DNA of 64,000 bases, taken from positions 248,001-312,000 of the forward strand of contig NIVC01001298.1 in assembly GCA_002269645.1 (NCBI GenBank), written 5' to 3'. The position numbers and the translations under genes were made by a program. Positions 1-12,171 of the stretch are shown one piece after another (the first letter of the stretch is position 1; every line of letters begins with the position of its first letter). The DNA is from Macrostomum lignano. Lineage: Eukaryota. Under the pieces are notes generated by a model. That model saw only the letters and a list, made by a program, of their open reading frames with translations. It did not search any database and was not told where the DNA came from.

Positions 1-89
1 CGTCAGGGATTGAGCGTGTGCTCAACTGAGAGCTGTGAGTCTAGTGATTTTATTTTATAACTTTTTAAAGATTTAATTCATGGTAGTTC

Positions 90-1078
90 CGGATTTAGAG
101 AGTTCCATAACTAGAGACTTCCAGATCTAGAGATTTCCAGACCTAGAGACTTCCAGATCTAGAGAGTTCCAGATCTAAAGTTCCAGATCTAGAGAGTTCC
201 AGATCTAAAGTTCCAGATCTAGAGATTTCCAGACCTAGAGACTTCCAGATCTAGAGACTTCCAGATCTAGAGATTTCCAGACCTAGAGACTTCCAGATCT
301 AGAGATTTCCAGACCTAGAGACTTCCAGATCTAGAGATTTCCAGATCTAGAGATTTCCAGACCTAGAGACTTCCAGATCTAGAGAGTTCGAGATCTAAAG
401 TTCCAGATCTAGAGAGTTCGAGATCTAAAGTTCCAGATCTAGAGAGTTCCAGATCTAAAGTTCCAGATCTAGAGAGTTCAAGATCTAAAGTTCCAGATCT
501 AGAGAGTTCAAGATCTAAAGTTCCAGATCTAGAGATTTCCAGATCTAAAGTTCCAGATCTAGAGAGTTCGAGATCTAAAGTTCCAGATCTAGAGAGTTCA
601 AGATCTAAAGTTCCAGATCTAGAGAGTTCAAGATCTAAAGTTCCAGATCTAGAGATTTCCAGATCTAAAGTTCCAGATCTAGAGATTTCAAGATCTAAAG
701 TTCCAGATCTAGAGAGTTCGAGATCTAAAGTTCCAGATCTAGAGAGTTCCAGATCTAAAGTTCCAGATCTAGAGAGTTCGAGATCTAAAGTTCCAGATCT
801 AGAGAGTTCAAGATCTAAAGTTCCAGATCTAGAGATTTCCAGATTTAAAGTTCCAGATCTAGAGATTTCAACATCTAAAGTTCCAGATCTAGAGAGTTCG
901 AGATCTAAAGTTCCAGATCTAGAGAGTTCAAGATCTAAAGTTCCAGATCTAGAGAGTTCGAGATCTAAATTTCCGGATCTAGAGAGTTCGAGATCTAAAT
1001 TTCCAGATCTAGAGAGTTCGAGATCTAGAGTTTCATATCTAAAGATTTACAAATCTAGGGAGCTTCAGATCTAGAATA
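90..1078. repeat. Minisatellite of alternating 16/14-bp units (TTCCAGATCTAGAGAG / TTCCAGATCTAAAG; ~30-bp period)
   Basis: Direct tandem repetition; AGATCT/TCTAGA palindromic core. Confidence 0.95.
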
Positions 1079-1149
1079 TTCTGTTAATACAATCTCAGTT
1101 GCTCAACCGTCATAACTATTGAAAAGCAATTAAAATCGAATGTTTTCAG

Positions 1150-4100
1150 CACGGCTTGAGCCAGCTAATTCGTCATCAGCTGTAGAACTAACTGCCCAAT
1201 GCGGTCACCCAGTCAGCAGTCAGGTGTCAATCGTCATCAATCTGCAGCTTCCTTCATCAGCTAGCCTAGCGACAGGTGTGCTGGTATGGTCTGGAAATCA
1301 CTCGGCTCTGTTATCGAAGCAACCTGACAATACCAATCAGACAGTTACTCCAGTGGTTGCTGTAGCCCTGTCTGCTGTTGGCAATCATACTACTAACATC
1401 AGTAGCTATCTTGTTAATATTCAAATAGAATTTATTAACACTACAAGTGTTGATGAAGTTATGAATGCAACCACTAATCACAGGTGGGATTTGTTAATAT
1501 TGATCATTACTTTTAGTGATGAATATTGACGAAGTTTAATTAAATATTAATCCGATCCCACATCCACCCAGGTGCGCATTCTGGAGTCACTCATTGAGCA
1601 GCTGGTCAACTCACGGTTGCTCACTACTCACTACAGACAGTAGTAACGAAAGTTTAATCTGTCAGTGCAATCATCTCAGCTTATTTGCAATTATTGGCGA
1701 GGCTATTCAGGTGGGCGAAGTTTCTGTTGTGTGTACTTTTACTCAGATCACTTGAAAACCTCTGTATGTTCTGTTAGCCTCTGATATTGTGTAAGAATCG
1801 GATTCAAAAGAACTGGCGAAAAAAAGCGAAATGGCGCCAAATCAGTAGAAATGGCGCCTCATTAAAATAAATGGCGCCAAATCAGTAGAAATGGCGCCTC
1901 ATTAAAATAAATGGTGCCAAATCAGTAGAAATGGCGCCTCATTAAAATAAATGGCGCCAAATCAGTAGAAATGGCGCCTCATTAAAATAAATGGCGCCAA
2001 ATCAGTAGAAATGGCGCCTCATTAAAATAAATGGCGCCAAATCAGTAGAAATGGCGCCTCATTGAAATAAATGGTGCCAGATCAGTAGAAATGGCGCCTT
2101 ATTAAAATAAATGGCGCCAAATCAGTAGAAATGGCGCCTCATTAAAATAAATAGCGCCAAATCAGTAGAAATGGCACCTTATTAAAATAAATGGCGCCAA
2201 ATCAGTAGAAATGACGCCTCACTAAAATAAATAGAACCAAATCAATAGAAATGGCGCCAAATCAAAAGAAATGACGCCTAAATCAGAAAAAAATGGCGCT
2301 AAATCAATAGAAATGGCGCCTAAATCAGAAAAAAATGGCGCTAAATCAATAGAAATAGCGCCAAATCAAAAGAAAAGGCGCCAAACCAAATCAAATGGTG
2401 CCAAACCAAACGAAATAGCGCCAAATCGAAAGAAATAACGCCTAAATAAAATTAATGGCGCCCCATAAAGTGCCAATTTACATGCCATCGTGGCTCCTTC
2501 ATCAGGCATTTCTTAACTTCTGTATTGAGTGATAGTGTTAGTTATTATGAGTGATAGTGTTAGTTATTATTGGAATACAAGGCAGATACCCGCAGACCCT
2601 TGCCCACACAGATCAGGTGTTCACCCGCACCCACCCCACCAGCATTACATTTTGGTGCTAGAAAAATGAGGCCCAAGTCGCTAATGTACATTATTGACTT
2701 TAGCTGTACACAAACTCTCAGAAATATAAATAGAGCGCCTTCGCCATACACACTCGGCTCACTCGAATAAAATATATTGAACCATGCCAATTGAAATCTT
2801 CTTATCATCGCAGGCACCATTGCCGAAGCCGTTCCTACCGCCAGCCGGTTCCTACGCACTGATCGGTCTGACCTGCCTGTTGCACCTGTACCACTCGTCT
2901 GTCTGTCTGGCTGTCGCACGTCGCTGCGGCAATTCGCTGACCTATTGGACCAGATTCCATACCAGCCTGTCCGCCTGTCTGGCACTGCTTTGCCAAGCCA
3001 GCCTGTTAACTCAGATTCACCAATCTGTCCTGTGCAGATTCGGGTCGGCTGCTCTCATTTATTTTAGTCAGAGTCAGCTGTTGTGGCTCTGTCTGATGAC
3101 TTGTCAGGCTTGCAGACTGGTTTGGCACGGCGCCAAAGCTGATTGTTGCGGCCTGGCAACCAGCAGATTCATTGGCTGCCTGCTGCCCGCCGGGTCCATG
3201 GGCTTCACCTTGGCTCTGGCTGGTCACCTGTTCACTAACGATGGCGCTTTGTGAGTACTGCAGTGCCTGCGTGTGAAATGGAGGGGTAGGGGAGTGAAGG
3301 AAGGGTTGGGGCAGTGAAGGGAGAACTGGGGCAGTGAAGGGAGGGGTTGGGCTGTGAAGGAAGGGGTAGGGCAGTGAAGGGAGGGCTGGGGCAGATAGGG
3401 AGGGGTTGGGCTGTGAAGAGAGGGTTAGAGCAGAGAACTGAAAATAAATAAGCTTAAGCTCACTGATAAGAATCCCTCATTTTAGTTGCTGGGTGGCGCC
3501 AGTGGGCAGTCTGCCAGTATCCGTCTATCTACCCTATTGCCTAATCTACGCTGTCTGCATCTGCACCTGCTGCTGTGTCTACCCGGCCTTAGTAGTTTAT
3601 CGACGCAACAACGGCTGCTGCTGCAACTACGGGTGCAATGGAATCTGTTGCTACTCACAGCCAGACCCTAGCAACGGTTGCCATGCAGCCGACGCCGCAA
3701 ATGTAGCGACCGTAGGCGAGCCGGTCATTGTCAGGGGCATTCTCAAAGGCGGCCTACGTAGTAACGGATCCGCGGTTCCTAAAAAGAGAAGCAAAGGCCC
3801 TAGCAACGGAGCTAGTGTCCATAACAACGTCGCTAGCGTACGTAGCAACGCACCCAGCGTCCCTAGCAACGAAGCCGAAGAGATCTCCTGCGCGTCAAGC
3901 CGGCTTCCCATGGCCAATCAGCTGCAATTTGCCGATTCTCTAATCGCTTCGCTTCCCGTTGCCATGCCAACCTGCGCTATTCGATCGACCCTAGCAACAG
4001 CGGCCTGGTGCCTGGCCTACGCTGCCGTCAGTCTGGACAGCGCCGATCTGTACATGACTGCCGGGGCGCTGTGGCTGGCCGAGGCGGCGGCAGCTGTGGC

Positions 4101-4643
4101 GCTGGAGCAGGCGGCCGACCCGCTGGGCCGGAGCCTCTGGCTGCGCCTGCGGGAGAGCGGCCGCCTGCCCAGGCTCGAGGCCAAGGCTGCGGCCGTGTGC
4201 GCCGCCGCCGTGCAGGGGTGAGCGGCGGGTTCCCGGCTCATTGTTAGACTAGCAGTGTGCTAGGGCTTTGTGAGCAGCCAGGCACAAAGACAGACAGACA
4301 GATAGACAGACAGACAGGCAGACAAACAGACAGGGCAGACAGACAGACAGGACAGACAGACAGACAGGACAGGACAGGCAGACAGACAGACAGACAGACG
4401 GACAGGCAGACAGACAGGACAGGCAGACAGACAGACAGGCAGACAGACAGGACAGGCAGACAGACAGGACAGGACAGGCAGACAGACAGGACAGACAGAC
4501 AGACAGACAGACAGGACAGGCAGACAGACGGACAGGCAGACAGGACAGGCAGACAGACAGGCAGACAGACAGACATGCAGACAGACAGACAGGCAGACAG
4601 ACAGGACAGGCAGACAGACAGGACAGGACAGGCAGACAGACAG

Positions 4644-4700
<57 letters not shown>

Positions 4701-4734
4701 GACAGGACAGACAGACAGACAGGACAGGACAGGC

Positions 4735-4775
<41 letters not shown>

Positions 4776-5356
4776 GGTTACCCATCCTATCCCACAAATC
4801 CCGCAGTCCCAGCCAGCCAGCGCCCCCGCTGCAGCATCCAACAATCGCCGCAGCACCAGTCGTGCACTTCGCCGCCGAGACCGCCAACAACAGCGGCGGC
4901 AACAACCTGGCCTCCAGCCACTCCTCAGACAACGACACCGACTCCAGCTCCTCCTCGGTCAGCCTGGAGCTGCCGCCGCCATCCCTGATGATCCCCGCAG
5001 CGCCGAACTTTGGCAGCCCTTCGAATTCTCAGCAGCGGCAGCAGCAGCACTCCGCCTCGTCAATGCCGTCGTCCCCAGCTCGAACCCTGCCGTCGGCAAG
5101 CAGCCGGCCGTCTTCGTCGTCGACAACCGCGACTGCGGGTCTCGGTGGCACCTTGCAGTTGCTGCTGCCGCCGCTGCCACCGAGGCACCGACGGCCGAGT
5201 CAGCAGAACGCTTCGCTGCCACCGGCGACCTCCGACTATTGCTACGACGGCCCCATGGCTGACCTGACTCTCTCCGGTGCCTCCACCGGTGGCGAGTCAC
5301 CTGTCAGCGGCGCCTTCGGCATGGACATCGACACCGCCTACCTACCTGTGCTGTGA
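1150..5356 (+). CDS. Adhesion-type GPCR, 3' part (GAIN/GPS + 7TM + low-complexity tail); exons 1150-1483, 1572-1710, 2814-3250, 3486-4217, 4807-5356; 5' exons upstream of window
   Basis: Exon 1572-1710 encodes a GPS motif, CAFWSHSLSSWSTHGCSLLTTDSSNESLICQCNHL/SLFAII. Later exons give seven hydrophobic segments, including TM3 LCRFGSAALIYFSQSQLLWLCL and ECL2 CW followed by the TM5 Pro. All splice sites are GT-AG with compatible phases (2,0,2,2). The last acceptor could alternatively be 4777 (same phase). Confidence 0.85.
1830..2460. repeat. 40-bp minisatellite (AAATGGCGCCAAATCAGTAG-AAATGGCGCCTCATTAAAAT), degenerating rightwards, in GPCR intron
   Basis: Direct tandem repetition; dimer of 20-mers. 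Confidence 0.95.
3283..3430. repeat. ~20-bp G-rich minisatellite (GGGGCAGTGAAGGGAGGGTT) in GPCR intron
   Basis: Direct tandem repetition. Confidence 0.8.
4287..4776. repeat. (GACA/GGCA/GACAG)n compound microsatellite in GPCR intron
   Basis: Direct observation. Confidence 0.95.
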
Positions 5357-5364
5357 GCGCCTCG

Positions 5365-6092
5365 CGTGTCTCCCTCTCTTGCCTCTCATGTCTCCCTCTC
5401 TCCCATCCGTGTCTCTTCTTTCCCCCTCCCGTGTCTCCCTCTCTCCCCTCCCGTGTCTCCCTCTCTCCCCCTCCCGTGTCTCCCTCTCTCCCCCTCCCGT
5501 GTCTCCCTCTCTCCCCCTCCCGTGTCTCCCTCTCTCCCCCCTCCCGTGTCTCCCTCTCTCCCCCTCCCGTGTCTCCCTCTCTCCCCCTCCCGTGTCTCCC
5601 TCTCTCCCCCTCCCGTGTCTCCCTCTCTCCCCCTCCCGTGTCTCCCTCTCTCCCCCTCCCGTGTCTCCCTCTCTCCCCTCCCGTGTCTCCCTCTCTTCCC
5701 TCCCGTGTCTCCCTCTCTCCCCCTCCCGTGTCTCCCTCTCTCCCCTCCCGTGTCTCCCTCTCTCCCCTCCCGTGTCTCCCTCTCTCCCCTACCGTGTCTC
5801 CCTCTCTCCCCTACCGTGTCTCCCTCTCTCCCCTCCCGTGTCTCCCTCTCCCCCCCTCCCGTGTCTCCCTCTCTCCCCCTCCCGTGTCTCCCTCTCTCCC
5901 ATACAGTGTCTCCCTCTCTCCCATCCAGTGTCTCCCTCTCCCCCCTCCCGTGTCTCCTCTTTCCCCCTCCCGTGTCTCCCTCTTCGTCCTCCCGTGTCTC
6001 CCTCTCTCCCCTCCCGTGTCTCCCTCTCTCCCCTCCCGTGTCTCCCTCTCTCCCCCTCCCGTGTCTCCCTCTTTCCTCCTCCCGTGTCTCCA
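5365..6092. repeat. 22-23-bp pyrimidine-rich minisatellite (CCCTCCCGTGTCTCCCTCTCTC) just after the GPCR stop
   Basis: Direct tandem repetition. Confidence 0.95.
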
Positions 6093-6957
6093 CCCCCTGC
6101 AATACCTGGTTTTAATAGCGAGTCAGTTGAAATTTGGAATCAAATCCTCTGAACCGCAGGTTTCCCGAAGAGACCAGCGTCTGAGTCCTGAGCAGATGTT
6201 CATTCGGAATTCGACCATCATTCTGACTGTGAGTAAAGCATGTGGCGACTCCTAAAAGTACATGATGTACTTGAACTTTATATGGAAAAAATAATCATAA
6301 AAAACTTGCATTTACTATTTGTACTAACTTTTGTAAATAGCAGCCGGATAAGGTGTCTTTTATAAGCGTAGTTTTATTCATAGAAGAGTTCAAAGTTACA
6401 GTTTTACGTAACAAATTTTATTTGTGTAAACTTTTTATTTATGACTTACTTTGGCATCCAAATTTCAACCGTTTTTTGATAATTACTGGTATTTAGCCTT
6501 GCGCTCAACTTGCTAACTTTAAAATTAGAAAGACAAGTTTGCCAAACAACAGTTTTTATCAAGAGTCGTTTTTTTTCGTTTAAAACGAAGTCTCATTCCG
6601 TTTTTATATATTTGTATAATTTTATTTTGTTCTACATGCAGCTGTCTCTATTTAGATCTGTCTTCTTCCCAATCGCTTTGATCGTGGCTTGCCCTTTTTT
6701 ATAATAAATATAAAGAGTTCCAAAAGTTGACTATTTACTGTTTATATTATAGATCTCAAGCTCTTTCTAAAGAGTCTGGTGTGTTTCTTAGAAACTGGTC
6801 AGTTTTGTTAATTACCTTCATTTCTATTGCATTGTACGTATTGACTGTAGTTCATCTGCGAGCAATCAGCTCTGAGACTGCATTTTCACAGGTTACTCAT
6901 TGAATTCATAATCTCTAGTTGGAGTCATTTTTCTCATCGTTTTTAATCTGTTAAATC

Positions 6958-7917
6958 CATTGTCATTCACCTATATCCTTGTCATTCACCTATATCTATT
7001 GTCATTCACCTGTATCCATTGTCATTCACCTATATCCTTGTCATTCACCTATATCCATTGTCATTCACCTGTATCCATTGTCATTCACCTATATCCATTG
7101 TCATTCACCTATATCCTTGTCATTCACCTATATCCATTGTCATTCACCTATATCCTTGTCATTCACCTATATCTATTGTCATTCACCTGTATCCATTGTC
7201 ATTCACCTATATCCATTGTCATTCACCTATATCCTTGTCATTCACCTATATCTATTGTCATTCACCTGTATCCATTGTCATTCACCTATATCCTTGTCAT
7301 TCACCTATATCCATTGTCATTCACCTGTATCCATTGTCATTCACCTGTATCCATTGTCATTCACCTATATCCATTGTCATTCACCTATATCCATGTCATT
7401 CACCTATATCCATGTCATTCACCTATATCCATTGTCATTCACCTGTATCCATTGTCATTCACCTGTATCCATTGTCATTCACCTATATCCATGTCATTCA
7501 CCTATCCATGTCATTCACCTATATCCATTGTCATTCATCTATATCCATTGTCATTCATCTATATCCATTGTCATTCACCTATATCCATTGTCATTCACCT
7601 ATATCCATTGTCATTCACCTATATTCATGTCATTCACCTATATCCATTGTCATTCACCTGTATCCATTGTCATTCACCTATATACATTGTCATTCACCTA
7701 TATCCATGTAATTCAACTATATCCATGTCATTCACCTATATCCTTGTCATTCACCTATATTCATGTCATTCACCTATATCCATTGTCATTCACCTATATC
7801 CATTGTCATTTACCTATATCCATTGCCATTCATTTATATCCATTGTCATTCACCTGTATCCATTGTCATTCACCTATATACATTGTCATTCACCTATATC
7901 CATGTCATTCACCTATA
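6958..7917. repeat. 19-20-bp minisatellite (TGTCATTCACCTATATCCAT), left part; resumes at 17013-17130
   Basis: Direct tandem repetition; the same unit resumes right after the insertion at 17013. Confidence 0.95.
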
Positions 7918-8766
7918 TGATGTAACCACGCTCTGGTCGCGGGATAGGGCATGGGAACTTTTTCGAAAGTGCCTCCTATCCCGTGCACCCTCTGCACAGA
8001 GCTGTCGAGACTCGGCCAGGTCTCCGACCGGGCCGGGAGACTCCCGCTCTGCTGCACCCCTCCTGCTGCCTTGGTCCCGTCTCTCCTGCCGCCACACCTG
8101 CCTTTCCGGAGCCCCCTACCCCTTTCTGTACCTCCCCCTCTACCCTATCTCTTCTGTTTCCGCCCTATTCTTCCTGTACTTTCTCTATCTCCTCTCTTTT
8201 TTGTCTCCCTCTGCACTCTTTTCCTGCGCTGCCCCCTCCCTCTCTGTGTCTACTTACAGTATTTGGTGTGCTCACCGTCTCCCCATCCCCTCCCAAACTC
8301 CCAAACGGTGACGCAAGTCGTGTGACCCCTTCTTCCCCCCGATGACTCATCGATGACTCATCCCCCTCTCTTGCGCAACATTTTCTCACGCCATTGTTCT
8401 CCTCCCCAAATTTCTCATGCGACACCCACCCCACCTCCGCTTCTATTGTTCTCGTTTTTGCTTCTTTTGTTCTCTCGACCCCCACCAATTATCACATTTT
8501 CTCCGATTTTCTCTTTCTTTTGTTCTCGTTTTCACACCTAATTATCACCTTTTCTCCAATGTTTACTTTTCCATTGTTCTCAGTTTTCCCCAATTATCCC
8601 CGATTTCCAATTCCTTTGTTCTCGACCCCAGCCCTATTGTTCTCAATGTTTGCTTGCGCAACACTTTCGCGACCACCCGCTGCGCCAATTATCCCCCCAC
8701 CCCACCTCCGGATTGCGCAATTTCCCTATTTCTCATGTTGCTATGCCGGTCTCATGCTTCTCATCA

Positions 8767-8858
8767 TGACTCATTCTGACGTCATTCTGCCGGCAGCCAA
8801 TCAGAGAGAGGGAGCCATGGTAACGACCTTGAGGAGGCGGCTGTGAGGTCTATAAAAG
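8767..8858 (+). promoter_or_regulatory. LTR U3-like promoter: TGACTCA (AP-1-like, 8767), TGACGTCA (CRE-like, 8777), CCAAT (8797), TATAAAAG (8851)
   Basis: Motifs occur in canonical order and spacing; function inferred. Confidence 0.6.
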
Positions 8859-10171
8859 GAAGCGATTTCGGCATGAGAATCGTCAACTCTCGCGTTCTAC
8901 GCTTCAACTTTTCGCCTCTTTGGGCTTGCCGTCAGACTGAGTTCTGACCCATTCGTCTATAAGACGAATCCCTGCCGGTCCGCGGTCTGTCACCGCCAAG
9001 TTATCCTTAGCTCCCCAAGTGAGCTCGCCTATCGCCCTACTCTCTTATCATGGATAAATCATCTATGATCCATGATCCATTGATAAATCATGCATGTTCA
9101 TGGTATTTTCATGCATGGATTTTTAAAACTTTCCATGGTAAAATCATCCATGTCAGGGAGTTCATACGGGAAAATAAATAACTAAGCTTATAAAAAATTT
9201 CAGGCTATTTTATGTATATCTAATAAAGTTTTAAATATATTTAATAAAAGCGAAATTGTAAATACAAAAAATAGTTTAATAAATTTGTTAAAATCTTCAC
9301 CTACAAATTGCTTTGAATATATTACCAGCAATTTTGTTGGCCATTTTGTTTCGGTTTAGTTAATTACGGACTTAACTTCCCATAAACATAAATTACTAGG
9401 CCTATTTTTCCTTTCTAAGAGGACTCTGTCACTCTTGCATGTTGTCATCATTTCATTATGTGTCACTATGTGCTATGTTTATGTTTATGTTTTTTCTTAG
9501 CTATATACTTCCAGTTCCACTTTTGGTAGCTAGTTTTAAAATTCGGTGGCTTGTAAGGTTTTTTGACATGCTAATTTTGATCTTCACTCCTTCAGTGAAA
9601 ATTGTATTTGTAGATATATTAGAAAATAGAAACCCTATTATATATTATATTTGGGATGCAAAGATAACCTATAGGGGTTAGATGTATATTTTTGAATGAT
9701 ATTTTGCTGCATTTTTATAATGATAGGTTGGCCTAACCAAAGCCAAAGGCCTAGTCTAAAGTGGCATCCTAGACCTAGGCCATAGCCTAATGATAAAAAT
9801 CACATGGTAGGCTGACAGTTTCAAAATAATAAAAAATAATAGTATATTATGGTAATTGGTACTTAATTTCGAGACCTTTCATGTCCTTTGTATCTAATAT
9901 ACAGTCTATAATCAAAACTAGACTAGACTAGGCCCAATTAGGCCTAATATTGTCTACTTTGTATCAGAAAATCCACAATGGCACAACTTTATAATTATAG
10001 GCCTATATATAGGGCCTAGGCCTTATATTATAATTTTTATTTAAAATCATAGGGGCCTAGGGTCCCTACATTAAATTTTTTTTATATACAATTCTAATTG
10101 GTTTGTCATTGGCCTCTTGATTGATTCTTCAAACCTTATCTCCTTGTGAAACTTTTTCAGAACAAATTGTT

Positions 10172-12122
10172 ATGGATGATATTGGATTAAGTGCATCTAA
10201 TTCTAGGCCTCTTCGAAAGCAGACAAAAAGTACTTCTAAATTTGGAAATGACAATTCAGCATTGTTTTTCTGCTTTATTCTTCACAATGTTGGCCATGAT
10301 GAGCAATATGTGACCATTGCATTTGGGTCTCCCTATTGGCCAAGTACAATAACTAATGATGAAAAGTTGGAACTTGCACAAGTAAGATTTTAAGTTGGAT
10401 TTATATGCATAATATTTTGTTATTGAGTACATGGTTTCTAAAACAAATTATTCCAACTACAAATGTAATATTACTTTATTAAATTATATTTTAGGGGACT
10501 AAAGTCTTTTTACGCATGTATGGCAAACTATTTTCTGCTACACTTGTGGCAAAAGGTAGTGAAAGGCAAATGGCTTCAACTATGAACCAACTTTCCAACT
10601 TGGTTAGTGAGGCTGAAAATACTGATTCATTGATTAGCCAAGCTATTGAGCTTTTTGCAATGAAAGATCCCCAAGCTGGCATTGCAAATGTAAGGACAAT
10701 AAGGTCATCTAGTTCAAAGCAGGTTGCTTCAAGTTCTAGTTGTCATCAGCATGGACTACTTGACGAGCTTTATGAAGTGGATAGTGAAAGTGGCGAACCA
10801 AATTTGGCGATACCAGCTACTCAATCAATGGGTAAAACTGCAATATATATGAACTATTAATTGTTTGCAATTTGTTTTTTTTGTTGTATTATTTGATTAA
10901 TTATTATTTTTTAGAAAAAGCCATTTCTGCATTTGAGAGAGAGGCATCTTTGGTTGAAAATGAGCAAGCTCGTGCCACAGGCCTCTTGGAATCAAGTTTG
11001 TATATTCTATTACACCTAATTGAAAACCAAATACCAAATGAGTCAATATTTTTGTAGCAATAAGCCTTTTTTATCACTAGGTGCAATTCAAGAAGTGCAA
11101 CCCCTCCGAGGGGTACAGATAGTAAACAGTGAATCGGATGCAACAATGAAAGGTATAATTTTATTTTTTTAATATGATACAATCACATTATTAAAAATCA
11201 AAATCACCATATTTTTATATATGAGCATATATCTTACTCTAGATCTAAAACTGTTCATTCAATCCGAGTTGCTTTCTCTTGAGAAGCGTCTTGCTGCAAG
11301 GATATGCCGACTTTTAAAAAAGGATGACAACTTTGGTGGAATGCTAACAATTAAAGAATACCAAAATGAGGTATGTCAGTTTTTTCTTAGCATCAGCAGC
11401 ATCACGTCTGTAGTATAAAAGTTCTACTATATAATAACATTTTTTAGGAATTTAGGTGCATTGATGGTTCCCTAGCTGAGCTGTCTTCAATTCTTTGCAA
11501 CGATCCTAAGGTGTTCCTCCGAAGGTATATCAAGCTGCGATTTGGCGAAGGCTACTTGCTTGAGCATATAATCGATTCATCCTGTGGTGCTCGCAGTTCC
11601 CGAAGGCCTGCTCCATCTGAGCATGTGACAGAGTTTCAACGTAAATATATATATATAATTTTTTCACAGTTTTGTGCAATTTTTTTATTATAAAGCAATT
11701 TAGGCTAATTAATGCTAAATGATCTGAATCCAATACTTGGGATATTTTCTAAAAAAACACATTTAGGTCTGAGATAAAAGAAATTGAGGAAAAATAGTTC
11801 TAAAGTTCAATACATCCCATTGACCTATTTAATGATTAGCATCATAAATCAACTTCCTTTTAAATTTAGCCTATTTCTACTATAAACACAGTACACAATG
11901 TCTATTGTAAAAATATTTTACTATACTCGTGAATTTTCAGGTTTGCTTCAATTGTGCTATCGAACATCTGGCTACGACTTCCACGAAATCTGGAAGTCTG
12001 TACGAGACCATCTCAATCAGCTGGCCAGGGAGGAGACACGGGCGAGAAAGCGAACTTCAACTGCTGCTTCTGGACCCGAGTCAGGGGATTCCATTTCCCG
12101 CTCAAGGCGAATGGGACCGTGA
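10172..12122 (+). CDS. Transposon accessory protein, ~401 aa, with C-terminal BEN/DUF4806-like helical domain; exons 10172-10381, 10495-10831, 10915-10999, 11081-11151, 11243-11370, 11448-11640, 11941-12122
   Basis: Seven GT-AG exons join into 1206 nt with no internal stop. C-terminus DPKVFLRRYIKLRFGEGYL...EIWKSVRDHLNQLAREETRARKR resembles a BEN-domain pattern (domain call is inference). Confidence 0.7.
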
Positions 12123-12171
12123 ATTGCGGAAAAAATTCTAGTAACTTTTGAATATTTGAATTGCTATTTTT

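Noticed and set aside
4244-7925. Long ORFs such as [24 protein letters not shown] and SFTYIHCH (also 20700-21850, 45919-48811, 51030-51751, 56614-57578, 58695-59483, 62988-63683)
   Set aside because: They are translations of tandem repeats lacking stops in some frames; most lie in introns or between genes and have no domain signal
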